A DNA stretch of 63,450 nt, filler included, from Octopus bimaculoides (Eukaryota), in assembly GCF_001194135.2 (NCBI RefSeq). It is 7 parts of 6 records of this genome, joined end to end, with 100 filler letters (N's around TTAATTAATTAA, not from the genome) between each part and the next. Parts side by side here need not be neighbours in the genome. Positions count along the whole stretch, not along the records: positions 1 to 26,446 come from NC_068983.1; positions 26,547 to 35,695 come from NC_069006.1; 5 more parts are not named here. One strand, written 5' to 3'. A program made the translations under genes and the position numbers. Position 1 is the first letter of the stretch. Each line of letters begins with the position of its first letter. A model generated the notes under the pieces. That model ran no database searches, had not been told where the DNA came from, and saw nothing but the letters and a program-made list of their open reading frames with translations. This document shows, one piece after another, positions 14,630 to 27,158 of the stretch.

Positions 14630-16330
14630 CCCTCACGTTTATCCGCCTCTCAAATTGAAGCCTGTCTTTCTGGTCTCTTGCCAAAGTATTATTGTCCAAA
14701 TTTTAAGTCCTCTTATCCTCCTCTTCTAAACAATGATGGCGCCATAAGCAGTAATCCTACTGAGAAAGCTTCCACTTTTGTCACTGCTTGCACAACTAAA
14801 TCCACGCTGCATCTTCCATTAATCCCTTTCCAACCTATTCTCTTTTACTCTACCAGGTTCTCCATTCCGCTTCCATACATACAAAGTACTGTTTTACTTT
14901 CAAATGCTTCAGACCAACAAGGCCACTAGACCTGAATATGTCCTTTCATAACACTTAAAGTAAAGAAAATAGTCCTGGAACGTTCATCTATACACACCAA
15001 ACTCATCAATTATCCCTCACTCTCTACGGGATTATAACCTGATGTTTGGCAGCATGATTCATTGTGTCTAATTCCAAATGAAGGCAACACCTCTCACCTA
15101 ATGAACTATCATCTCATTACTCTGTCTTTTTTATATCTTAAGCAACGGAGACTGCAATTAATGTTCCAACACATTGAATCGCTCTCTCCTTAGTGACCAT
15201 CAGTAGGGCGTTCTCAGTGCGAGATCCAGTAGATACCTACTCCTTTTATCATTCCCCAGTAGACATTCTCTTTAGACAAGTAAAACGAAACGAATGTTTT
15301 CTCACAAGACTTCAAAAAAGTCTTCAAACTGTGACTTGATTTAAGCTTCATATTGAAACTTCCCGCCTACGGGCTCCGCTCGCCTCTTATCTAATATATC
15401 GAAAGCTTCCTACCAGTTCGTACAGATGCGGTTTGTGGTGATAGAACACTTTTTGCTCCTACTATCAATAAATTAAAGTTTTCCCCAGAGTTTGCTTGTG
15501 CTCTCCACAACCTTCGTTCTATATATCAACGACCAGCTTGTTGCTACATCCACTAAGGCTCCCTCTTATACAAATGATAAGTCTCTTTATTTCTCCCTAT
15601 CATTCATCATGCATGTAACATCCACACGTAACCAAAACACACTATACCTGCATTAAGTCCTTCAACAGAGACCTTCAAATCACCCTTTAGAGGAACCATG
15701 CTAACTGGGTTTCTTTTAACTGCAAAAGTTTCAAATACTATTTATATCAAGAAATCATTACAATAACAGAACCCTCCCAGTCACTCCAAATGTTGGGTCT
15801 CATTATCAACGGGGAACTCTCCTGAAAAAATCTTGTCTTTAGAATCGGTAGAGACACATCCCAATGACTAGCCCTTCCCAGAGCAAAAACTTATTTTAAA
15901 TATTCAAAAGCGTTTGATAACCTACAAGGCTCAAGGGAGGTTGTCACGCACACAGACATCCTGAGAAAGATCATTTGATTGATTGGCATATAATCATTCA
16001 TAAACATGCTCTAGACTCTGATCCTAAGGCATGCTGTCTTTTCTGTATCTGTTCTTTATTATCAATACAATAATCTTTCTCCAGCTCTATTTCCATCCTT
16101 TAGGCACCACATCTCACTTATCTTTCCACCTCTTGTCATCCTTGTTCGTCCAAACCTTGTATACCCGCACTGATCATTAGGTCCAGTCATTCTTTCCAAG
16201 AACATCGGCCTTATGGATTCTTCTCTCTGCTCATGTCTCCCCTGCAAGTGTTAAGCTCTATCACTTTAAATACAATATCTACAGTATAGCCGGTTTCGGG
16301 AAGCCTACAAAGACCATGAGCTTTGTCCCT
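14630..16330 (+). mobile_element. Degenerate CR1/L2-group LINE (RT and 3' region)
   Basis: Remnants WSLAK..SNF.SSYPPLLNNDG..EKAS, PDVW....CLIP..G.TS...NY..I.L and DFKKVF. The 3' part resembles the copies at 25.0-25.3 kb and 40.3-41.2 kb. Confidence 0.75.
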
Positions 16331-17119
16331 TCTTCAGAGCCAGCAAATTATAATCTACAAAGAATTCCCTGTTATAATTTATAAATTCAATATCTACTTA
16401 TTATTTATATATAAAGATTGCAACACACTAAGTAGTACGATGTACTAAATAATATGAAGTTTAAGAAAATATTTGAACTTTTTTAAAAAAGAAATTATAA
16501 TATGGACACAGTGCTAAGGTAAGTTTTGTCTATTATTTTTTATACATTGAATCCGTTTTACTTGATTTACTGCTTTATTAAAGCTCACATTGGTTCTTTG
16601 CTCTGTGTAGAATTGTTGAACTCACAAAGGCTATTGTTCGGCTTTTGAAATTATAATACTTGGATAAAGTAACTTACTTTTCGAAGGAGAACAACTGCTT
16701 ACACGTTTTATAGGTGAAATAGAGCTAAAGGAAAACTTTGTACGAAACCAAAACTTTGTATTATTTAATGTAAGGGGATTTGAAAATATAATGACAAACA
16801 TTCAGGAATCTAAAGGTTTTAGTATACGCATCTTCAAATTTTACAATAATTAAAATGTCGGTTTAAAACAGAATGTAAAACATAAATGAATATAAAGAAA
16901 TGATTTATATTAGTAAGAAATATTTATTTTAGTAAACGTTGATTTTAGTGTACAAGCATATCCGAAATGTTACTATGCTAACGGAGCTACCCTACACAGA
17001 GTTAAGCCGCTTAACACAAATGGACCTTCAATTCAGTCGCGCATGCTCACTAAGTTATAACGTTATCACCCACTTCCGTTGTTTATAACTGTGCTTGGAA
17101 GCAAAATGTGTAGCATGTC

Positions 17120-17450
17120 GAGGAAGTCGAAAACTTTGAAAATAGTCTTAAGAAATGACGGATCGTGGGTTAATGGCTATGATTCCAAAAGCAAGACCAA
17201 AATCAAATCCCGTTTGAAAGGAACAAGATTTCAAGACGTCGATGAAATACAGGAGAATGCGATGAGGAATGTGTTCGCTATCCCCAAAAATGAGTTCCAG
17301 GAATGCTTCCATTAATGGAAGTGACTCTAGATAATGTGTATGGCTTCAAAGGGGAACTACTTTGAAGGGTATTAATTGCCGAATCGATATGTGCTTTAGT
17401 TTTCTTTTTATAACACCAGTCCCGCTACCTTTTCTGTCAGGTGTAATCCT
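17120..17450 (+). mobile_element. Internally deleted mariner transposon
   Basis: DGSWVNGYDSKSK (first catalytic-D region) is fused directly to C-terminal KIKSRLKGTRFQDVDEIQEN...IPKNEFQECF..WK...G.YFEG. Confidence 0.8.
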
Positions 17451-17734
17451 CATCAACCCGTACTGATTATCGGATATGATTAAAAATCGGAAGGCAATTT
17501 TGTACGGATCATATTTCCGAAAATCCTTTGTAACGAAGAATTAATATAATTATTCACAAGAAGCGTGGAATGAGGAAATTGTTTTATTACATAACTTTAC
17601 AATTGTTTCACTGTCATTCAGTCTCAAGTGTATTCCTGTATTATTATATAATACAGGCAACTGTAGATTGAAGGCGTATCATTATAGCAATACAATCGAC
17701 TGTCAGCTCATCAGAATTATGTATATAATACATA

Positions 17735-18078
17735 ACCATATGGTTCCGAGTTCAGTCCCACTGCGTGGCAAGTGTCTTCTACTATAGTCTCGGGCCGACC
17801 AAAGCCTTGTGAGTGAATTTGGTAAACGGAAACTGAAAGAAGCCCGTCGTATATATGTATATGTATATATGTGGATTTGTGTGTCTGTTTGTCCCCCCAA
17901 CATCACTTGACAACCAATGCTGGTGTGTTTATGTCCCCGTAACTTAGCGGTTCGGCAAAATAAACCGATAGAATAAGTACTAGGCTTACAAAGAATAAGA
18001 TCTGGGGTCGATTTGCTCGAGTAAAGGTGGTGCTCCAGCATTGCCGCAGTCAAATGACTGAAACAAGTAAAAGAGTAG
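17735..18078 (+). mobile_element. SINE family B, young copy
   Basis: Box-B-like ggttccgagttcagtccc, full body and aaacaagtaaaagag tail. Confidence 0.85.
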
Positions 18079-18303
18079 AGATTACATACAGACTTCTCAT
18101 GAGGCGACAATCGATCGTTTTCATATAAAGATACACCTTGAAGTAACTACAACTGCATACATTATATAATAATATAGCGATACTCTTGACTTCAATTGTA
18201 AATTCTTGAAACAATTGTAAATTTATGTAATGAAGCAATTTACTCACTCCACTCTCCTTGTTAATAAGTACACACACACACACACACACTTCCTCGACAT
18301 GCT

Positions 18304-18340
<37 letters not shown>

Positions 18341-18341
18341 C

Positions 18342-18377
<36 letters not shown>

Positions 18378-18769
18378 CTGTCAAACTTAACGGAAAATGG
18401 TACCGATTTGTGTGAGTTAGTAATCTTTTTTATATAAGCATTAGTTACACAATAGATCCTCAGCGACTAGAATTGAGAATATATTTTAATAAAGGGCTTA
18501 ACGGTTTCGTGCTATACGTTTTTTTATATGTAAAATAGTTCCCTGAGTATGTTTCTACATCAAGGCTAGATATTATCAAAATAAAAAATACAGTTCAGGA
18601 GACTGATTTATTATTTTTGATTTTCATGAAGTAATGGTATATTAGTAAATTTTTAAATAAAAAAAAAACATCAAACGATAACTTCCCGTTTGTGGCATCC
18701 AAAATGCATATTAATGAAATAATTTTATGATAATGCCTTTATTATTCATATTGTAAATAATATCCTTAC

Positions 18770-18824
18770 CGTTGAGGCAGAACGTACACATAGCCTTCTG
18801 GGGGAGGTGGTGCAAGAGATGACA
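18770..18824 (-). CDS. Coding exon 2 of the cryptic gene ((V)SSLAPPPPEGYVYVLPQ(R))
   Basis: Strong acceptor tgttgttattgttttgcag and donor CG|GTAAGG. 55 nt, phase 1 in and phase 2 out. GC-rich island in AT-rich DNA. Confidence 0.8.
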
Positions 18825-20859
18825 CTGCAAAACAATAACAACAGTTAAAGGGATTACATAAATTCTTCGTGATAATTGAATTGTATGGACAAAAGCCGTA
18901 AAATCTTACGCTTTTAATCAGAAACTATTTTTTTCTTTCTCGTCTCCACTTTCTCTTGTTATAAAAAATTTAGTTAACCTTTTGGCTTCAAAAAGTTTTA
19001 TCAATACGCGTCGATATAAATATTGTTTTACGGCATTTTCATGCAAATCGATTTAGTTATTATAAACCCTTGACTGCATATAAAATAGTACCGATAATAT
19101 GAGACATTTCGATTTAGTCGACGATCACTAAACTTCGTATAGTGACTTCTCAACAGAAATTAAAAGTACTTTCTGCCGAAATACTCCACCACGAACTTGT
19201 ACGAACCTGTGCCATACTTGAAAATCGGTCTTAATATACGGTCAATGCAGGTTTACGTGACTTCGAACCCTTAATCTACTCCGAAAAAGTATGCATCTTA
19301 TAATTATCTTCATAGGTTTTCCCGAAATATTTTCCTTTGCTCTGGCATCCCCAATACAAAAGAAATATTATGTATCGGGGTTTTGGGGGACATCTCGTTA
19401 CGTTAGAGCTAGCATATCTAATATATTGGGCAATAAGAATTAATGAAAATGACAACCACAATAAAAAGGAAAATCGCTAGAATAAGGATTGGCAAGAAAG
19501 AAAAGACAGAATAAGGATTGGCAAAAAAGAAAATACAGAGAATTTCAAAGTCAAGATTATAAATTGCATAATATAATGCAGGAGAGATTAAGTCTGATCT
19601 TACACATTTTCATTGACAATTCCAAACAAGTTTCCGCATTATGAGCAAAGACTATTCTAAGACACACCAGATTTCAAATGAGTGATACAACAAGCATATT
19701 GAGTGAAAGTGACTATCAGCCATCTAGAAGTTACTGGCTATACTTTATTTTGTTGAGGAGATCTACTAAGTCTAAATCTGCCAGTAGTTGTCACTGTACT
19801 TGCGTAAGAATTATGTATTTAACCTTATTGACTTTTCTCTTCGTTACGGGTATATCTTTAATTTGGGCATTCCTTTTGCTCACTATTTGAAGATTTTTCT
19901 CCCAGTTAACTATATGTGTATCAGGTGAAGGGTATGACTTCGAAATTTGTCTGAGTCTTTTGTAGGAAAAATTCGATTGACAATGACTGTGCCACTCTAC
20001 ACATGAAGAATAATTATTTCTCCTTTTAATGTTATTGGGATGGTAGTCTCTGTAAAACAACGGACATGTTCTTTACTACATTTAATCACTTAACATTCCA
20101 TTGAAATACTGAGGTCCATTTAACTTTCTGTACTTTCTCCTGACTAAAATTGTAATATTAAGCCAGTCTTTGAACTGTTTACCTATCTTGGTGCTTTTCG
20201 TGCGGTTTAAAATAATAAATAATTAAATTAGATGCTTCATCTTGTTTAAATTCTTTTACTATAGTTTAAGTTCTTTTACTATATAGGGACTTTTCTTTCT
20301 CTGGGAAATAAAAGCCGTATGTTAGTTTATACCGATACTGATATAGCAAAATGAATAAGATACCAGTCCAAAAGGTAAGATGAGAACTTGTATCCCATCA
20401 CTAACTCAGTAATGTATTTATGTTTAAACGTTTGGCTCTTAATCGTCCAGTGCACCTAACAACAAGAAGATACTTCTCTCTCTGTTGTAATAAATGTAAG
20501 TACTAAACTATTCAAAACTGGTTGGTTAACACGCAATGATGGTTCCAACTGGTCACATTGAATTACTGCGTTATTCAGTGGCAATGATAGAACTCCAGCT
20601 TGTTTTGCAGAAAACAGAAATATTACAGAAACTAGAGACAAAAATGTGAAAGTCTCAGTATGTCATTGATCAAATGGTTTGATAGATGAAGTACCATTAC
20701 AAATAATTTTCCCCTCCTACTACTTACACATTTCTCTTTATTCTATTGTTTGCTTTACCCCAGAAACAAAAACAAGATGAAGAAAACTAGCACAGTAAAA
20801 TATTTGGAGAAACGTTTTTACCCCCATTATTTGTTCAAGTACTTAAATGTATGTGAAGA

Positions 20860-21165
20860 TGCATGGCTCAGTGGTTAGAGCATCGGGCTTGTAATCATAA
20901 GGTAGTGAGTTCCATTTCCGGACCGGGTTGTATGTTGTGTTCTTGAGCAAGACACTTTATTTCACGTTGCTCCAGTTCACTCAGTATAGAAATGAGTTGC
21001 GACGTCGTTGGTGCCAAGCTGTTTCGGCCATTGCCTTTCCCTGGATAATATAGGTGGCGTGGAGAAGGGTTCATGGTGTGCATAGGCGACTGCTGGTCTT
21101 ACATAAAACAACCCTGCTCGGTCTTGTACCTCGGAGGGGATCTTTCTTGATGCAACCCCATGGTC
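20860..21165 (+). mobile_element. SINE family C (tRNA head plus gtgttcttgagcaagacac..ttgctccag core)
   Basis: A box tggctcagtggttag and B-like box gagttccatttcc, followed by a non-tRNA body. Confidence 0.75.
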
Positions 21166-21483
21166 ATTTTCTTATAGCACAGTCTGTAGATTGTTGGACA
21201 AAACAGAGAATTTAGTGCTGTCTATCTGAACTCAGAATTCGAATATTTCCGATGTCAGATTTTTCTTTTGTTCCGGTGGGATTTGATATCGTAAGCATCA
21301 CTTAAACCAAATTTGTTTTCTGGGGCACATAATTTTCATTTAAATTCATACTTGTTTCAGACACATAAAGCTATACTGAAGAGATATATATATATATATC
21401 GCTTAGTTTCTGAAGATTGTTAAGAGAACCATTTACGTACAAACCACGAAGTATTCTTCATTTTAATCAATCAATTTTTATGA

Positions 21484-21700
21484 AGGCGGAGAGAGGACGA
21501 AATATTTTTCACGCCGCACAACATTCTTAGCGGCATTTTTTCTTACGTTATGTTCCGAGTTTAAATGCCACCAAGTGCGACTTTGTCTTTTATCCTTTCG
21601 GGGTCGATAAAATAAGTTCCAGTTGAACACTAATGTCGATGTAATCAACTTAACTCTTCCCCCGAAATTGCTGGCCTTATGCCAAAATTTGAAACCAATA
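21484..21700 (+). mobile_element. SINE family A (Nin-domain-like core gcctttcatcctttcggggtcgataaa..aagtaccag)
   Basis: Shared core with copies at 26040(+), 26762(-), 36174(-), 38535(-), 42517(+), 44087(+), 50965(+), 54205(-), 57805(+) and 59085-59475(+). Confidence 0.75.
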
Positions 21701-22199
21701 TTCTAATTTTTATTTTATACTCAAAATTGAACTTTAAGTACTTCTATCTCTGAAGTGAGAAAAACATAACAAAAAGGGGAACTATTGCTAGCTATTAGTT
21801 GGGGAGGCAAAAGAAGGGTGAGCAGATTATACAGCGATGTTGACAAAACGAAAGAAATAAACCTCATTCTAAATCGGGAATTAATCGTAACATGATGATA
21901 CCTAGTCACATGACAAAATAATTCTTCTGCCTGACAGAAGTTAGAGGTTTGATACTAAGTAGAAATTCACCAGTGGTAAAAAAAGGTACCTCCAATTAAA
22001 GAAACAAAAACATTTAGATTTTAGTATTATTTTTTTTCCACCTGTAAAATACGTTGAATATCTCGCTACAGACGAATTTGTCTTTCAATTCTTTAGCATC
22101 AACAAAGTAACTTCCTCACATGTAGAGGGTTAATTCAATGAATCAAATCAATCTCCTGAAAGTACGTTAAATTTTACCAAATTATTGACTCTGCTTTCC

Positions 22200-22800
22200 T
22201 CCAGAGTTGATTTCTATTTCCTCTCTTTAGCAATATCAGCTATCCTCTGCAAATGATTATAAACAGCTGATTATGACACTTACGTGTAAACTTGTCTTCT
22301 TCTAATATAATACATCAGTATTACTATATTTTTGCTAATGGCATCAAAGGCTGTGTCAATAAATATTTTGACTTGGCGTTTCTATATTGTTATTTTATCC
22401 GATATGAGACGTTTCCTTTCAATGCCCTGGGGACAATAAATTAGTTTTCAATGACGGATATTAACCTAATCATAACTTTGCATCATGTATAGTTCTAGGT
22501 GTTTACAGAAAATGATTCCGTTTGTCTAGTTTTCCAATTTTCTGGATACCTCCTCATTATTATATAGTAGCTCTATATATTTCATTGCAATTCAGCCATC
22601 AAACAATCGAGCGGTCTTATGATGCTTCGTATCATCGAGTCAACAAAATTTGAAGTATTATACATCGCTTCCTCAAACTCTTAGAACCACCTCCTATTAT
22701 CAAAGGAACACATTTTTTTCTAACGTAATACACTTTAGGATATCTTTCTTTACAAGAATATTACATTTTACAACGTCCAATTTGGGGCCAACTGGTGAAA
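22200..22800 (-). mobile_element. Very degenerate LINE RT remnant
   Basis: QG...R.ISD.I...IFIDTAFDAI resembles RT domains 2-3. Many stops. Confidence 0.3.
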
Positions 22801-24259
22801 TCTGTCTTTCCTAGTTATATTAGTGGTATCTATGTTTTCGATCCTAGGTGGATAAAATGCTCAGACGATCTTAGTTTTTAGAGAATAACGAAATTCAATG
22901 TTCTCTCTCCCAGCTCACAACTTCGAAAATTTCTGTAATGTTGGTTTACTGTATTGGTTAATGGCATTATCAACTAAACGAATTACGCTACAGTAATGAT
23001 TGGCATTTAATTAAATCTAAAAAGTTAAAGTTATTAACCTATATTGTATTTGAAATTGGAGCGTAGTGACTCAAAACTAAATACTGTAAAACATAAGGTC
23101 AGAAAGTATTCTGCTCCACACATTTTAGAAGTCTCTTCCACGCGATATATTCCCAGCAGTGAATTGACATTTATTCCTAACTGAATAAAATACATTCATT
23201 TAAAAAACTAACATGAACATCAAAATTAATTTTCCTCCTCTTACGAGTAATTGTTGTTGCGCCTAAGTAGTAGTCCATTAGTTACACAATCCAGTAGGTG
23301 ATGCTTCTACGCGCTCACTTTACCTGCTAGAAGTTGCCACCAAATGACAACCAAATGACTTAATAAATTACACATAAAGTAATACAGTTCTAACCATACA
23401 ACATATGTTTAATCAAGGTTGATACATTTGATATCAGAAATTTGCTCAATCAGGGATTCAGAGGAAAATAGGAGCTGAAATTAAGTAACAATCTAATAGC
23501 CACAAAGTTCCATGAAGTAACATTCATTCACTAAGCTCAGGTGATGAGACAATACTTTCTCACCTCGCTCGGTTTTCCACCATAGGCATGCTGCATTTTT
23601 TCCATTCTCAGAATTTCTGCAGATGAAATTTTCTCTGTAATTGATGCTACATCTTAAACACAACCCAAGGTTACTACATTTACTTTTGAGATGTATGTGG
23701 CTACGTGCTTGTGTGTGTGTGTTAGTGGGTGGGTGTGTTAGTGGGTGTGTATGTGTATGCGTGTGTTTGTGTGTATTTGTGCACGCTCGTGTGTGCAGGC
23801 GCATTACTGTGTATGTACATATGTATCAAATCGGTAAAATGTCAGGTTCACCTTTCCTCCAATGGGCGATTGAAAAAGTACCAGCAATGTTTAAAGGCAA
23901 TCGAATCAAATACATCAGCCTAATAAGAGAAATCTTAATTTGTAGCTTTGTGAAAAGAAATTAATTACTAAGACTGAATGGAATTTTCTTAGCAAATCTT
24001 TAGGCAAGCCCCCCCACCCCATAAGTTCATGCAACAAGTTTTCCTCTGATAATTCTCTTAAATTTTGCTTCTAATATACATTTTCATCACCACTCCAATA
24101 TACATTTCATCCCCACTGAGAGCAAATTCAAAACAAAGTTTTCTGCCGGTTGCAGGACTTCCTTGTTAGACTGGTCTTCATCTATGATTTGTCGCTTGTT
24201 GTTATTCATTTGGGTGAGGAATGCTAAGCTATATATCACACGCAAATAATAATAATAAC

Positions 24260-24305
<46 letters not shown>

Positions 24306-24599
24306 GTGAATTTCACAAAAGAACAACTGAATTCAGTAATGCAAGCCAGTAAATATATTCCTGGATTTTATTTTGCATGAAGTTAACTGCTATAACTTTA
24401 AATAGACCCGTTAAATTGATATATTTAAAATGTGTAAGTATAAAGAATATCTAACCGTATAAGTGGAACATATATTGTATATGTTTTTCATGTGTTCAAT
24501 ATAAGATTATAGACTGGAATTTTATCTATAAGACGTAACTTGGTTTGTTGTAGCATCTAAACAGAAATGAATTATGTAACAAATTGAAAATATACTTAC

Positions 24600-24642
24600 C
24601 CACTGCTATAAAAGTAGCCACAAAAATACCTGTTTCTATCAT
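24600..24642 (-). CDS. Coding exon 1 of a cryptic secreted-protein gene (signal peptide MIETGIFVATFIAV)
   Basis: ATG at 24642-24640 with A at -3, 14 codons plus 1 nt, then a perfect donor G|GTAAGT (24599-24594). Hydrophobic stretch IFVATFIAV. Phase 1 matches the exon at 18824. Confidence 0.75.
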
Positions 24643-24643
24643 T

Positions 24644-24664
24644 TTAGGAGATGGTTAAGAACAT
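24644..24664 (-). promoter_or_regulatory. Possible 6-codon uORF (MFLTIS*) ending 1 nt before the main ATG
   Basis: ATG TTC TTA ACC ATC TCC TAA A ATG read directly. Relevant only if the TSS lies upstream of 24664. Confidence 0.3.
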
Positions 24665-24999
24665 GGTATGCTTGTCGCCTCTTAGCGTTTTTATTAAAAT
24701 ATTACCTTATCTTATTATCAAAAATATAACATATGAATGTTCCCATAGCTATCAGATATGTATTACATCGTGTTATCGATAGCTATAGCTCCAGTAAGAT
24801 AGCTCACTTTATTTTTTGTGTATTTATGCAATACGTGACATTTTAGAAATGATAATTAATTTTCTGCTTTGTCAATTCGAAAAATATGCATATTCTTGAA
24901 AGAATTACTGAATCCTATAATTAAAACATTTACATTCACTTCAAATGTAAAGCCTCACAATCTCTGATGATCGTTCCTGGTGATTCTGCGTACATAACA

Positions 25000-25350
25000 T
25001 AACCCACGTCTAGTCATTGTCTCAGATCCAGAACATACTTCAGGTTTAATAAATTGGTAACTCTTTACAAACCTCAAGTAACAACGATGTACCGCTCACT
25101 TCAAATGCGACGTTGCATTCGCTAGATACACAAAAATAAATCGCAGAACATGTCATCGGACTTATGAACAATAGTTCCCTCACCAACAGGTTTCAATCTA
25201 TTATCAAAATTATGCTATCGTCCCACTCTGTCCTTTTTGTCTCTACTGCAACGGCCTCTGCTCCTCGTCTCCTCTTAACAATTACTTCTCCATTTACATT
25301 GTTTCTGCAAACTTCAAATTACTAATGTTCAGTCTCATCAAAATGGATCT
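25000..25350 (+). mobile_element. CR1/L2-group LINE 3' fragment
   Basis: SLCPFCLYCNGLCSS-like segment is homologous to the 16060-16130 region of the other copy. Confidence 0.5.
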
Positions 25351-25464
25351 CATCAGTATCGAGAAGAAGAATTCTGGCAAACCCATAGAAAACATATTTG
25401 ACTTCGCAAATATTGAGAAAAGTTAACAGAAGTATTTTCTAAGTGGGTCATTTTAAACGGCATG

Positions 25465-25626
25465 GTTGTATGTTTAAGAAGCTCACTCAGCAATCACGCG
25501 GTTTTGCATTTAATCCCATTGCATAGCAGCTTGGTCAAATGTCTTCGCCTTTAGCTCGTAGCCAACCAATGCTTGTTAATGAACTTCATAGACAGAAACG
25601 GCGCGAAAGCTCATGTGTGTGTGCGT

Positions 25627-25675
<49 letters not shown>

Positions 25676-25925
25676 TCTGTGTTTTTCTGTGTCTGTATGT
25701 GTCTGTGTGTGTCAGTGTGTGTATTTGTTGTCCACCCCCGACCTCTTGACAGCCGCTGTTGGGCGTTCACATACTCTTGACATAAAAGAGACCGTTCAGC
25801 AAAAGTGACCAAGAGAATAAGTATCAAATCTAAATAAAATAATTGCTAAGATCGATTTGTTCGGCAAAACCCTTCAAGGTGGAGTCCCAGAGTGGCTACT
25901 GTCCAATGACTGAAACATGGAAATA
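25465..25925 (+). mobile_element. SINE family B, diverged
   Basis: Same modular order with internal (TG)n. Confidence 0.6.
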
Positions 25926-26164
25926 ATAATAATCCTCCGTCACTATGTTTCCGTGCGTTTCTTGCTAGAAAATGATGAAATGTCAGCATATCCTTCAATT
26001 AAAAGTATTAATTTTATAATTATTGATTTGGAATGCCATCTAGGTCAGCTTTACCTTTCAGCTTTTCGGGGTCGATATACTAAGTACCAGTGAAATGTTG
26101 GAGTTGATGTAATCGACTAATCTACTCCCCAAAAATTTCAGGCCATGAATCTTTAGTAGAAAAG

Positions 26165-26218
<54 letters not shown>

Positions 26219-26224
26219 GTTCAG

Positions 26225-26446
26225 TAGTTTTATTATTATTGCGTACTTTCACTTCACTACCGAGCGCAGCTCTGTGTGCCTTGGGTATGTGCTGTGGTTT
26301 GCTTTGATGCTCTTATGGTTACTGTATTGAAAGGGTTTTGCGTAGGATGTGTGCAGTGCCCAGTAGTGCAATTTTCTGTATGTTATATATATTTGTAAGT
26401 CCTGGTGTTTTTGTTATGCATTTGTCTGAATATTTTCCAGGTTTTT
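26225..26446 (-). mobile_element. 3' end of a Dong/R4-clade retrotransposon with (TAA)n tail
   Basis: PGLTNIYNIQKIALLGTAHILRKTLSIQ* is the typical R4/Dong C-terminus, followed by a short UTR and (AAT)n. Cut by a gap. Confidence 0.85.
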
Positions 26447-26761
26447 NNNNNNNNNNNNNNNNNNNNNNNNNNNNNNNNNNNNNNNNNNNNTTAATTAATT
26501 AANNNNNNNNNNNNNNNNNNNNNNNNNNNNNNNNNNNNNNNNNNNNTATATTATTGAGATTCAGATGAATTATGTATTTAGGTTAAAGCACCAAAGATTA
26601 GTGCGATATTATCCGTGCAACTTCAAAATAAAGTGAATAAAATCAAAAGAAGTAACAAGATATCCAGAGGTGATGCAGTACGACCGTTTCAAGCGGTTCC
26701 ATTTAATTGATCAATGCAATCTTTACATTAATTTAAATGGAGAACTATTCTCAGCTGCATA

Positions 26762-26925
26762 ATTAGATCGACCCCGGTACGCAACTGGTACTTAATTTAT
26801 CGACCCCGAAATGATGAAAAGCAAAGTCGACCTCGGTGGAATTTGAACTCAGAACGTAAAGACTGGCGAAATTCTGCTAAGCATTTCACCCGGCGTGCTA
26901 ACGGTTCTGCCAGCTCACCGCCTTG
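26762..26925 (-). mobile_element. SINE family A
   Basis: Reverse complement of ggcggtgagctggcagaaccgttagcacgcc..gagttcaaattccaccgaggtcgactttgc.. Confidence 0.85.
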
Positions 26926-27158
26926 CCGCCTTATTAAATCTACAATAATATTACTCTACTATATAACCCGAGTACACCGTAGCTTCATATTACAGCAATA
27001 TTATGTTATACCATTAAAACCATAGTAAACCATATTTTAATCTTGTAGCAATATTATTTAATGTTGCTATAAGATTAAACTCTAGTTTAAATATATGTAG
27101 ATCATATATCATAAAACAATAGTAAATTATAGTTCAATATTGTAGCAATATTACCTAC

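Noticed and set aside
19276-19461. LLYWGCQS resembling the NOS reductase LYFGCR motif
   Set aside because: The flanks do not align with NOS and the frame closes soon after.
23564-23634. Exon-like segment (KISSAEILRMEKMQHAYGGKPSE) in intron 1 of the cryptic gene
   Set aside because: The acceptor is weak, 71 nt would break the phase 1-1 junction, and it is not NOS-like.
26491-26502. TTAATTAATTAA centred in 100-bp gaps (also 35740, 41311, 56351, 58530, 62305)
   Set aside because: The identical 44N-12-44N layout marks an artificial scaffolding spacer with stops in all frames.
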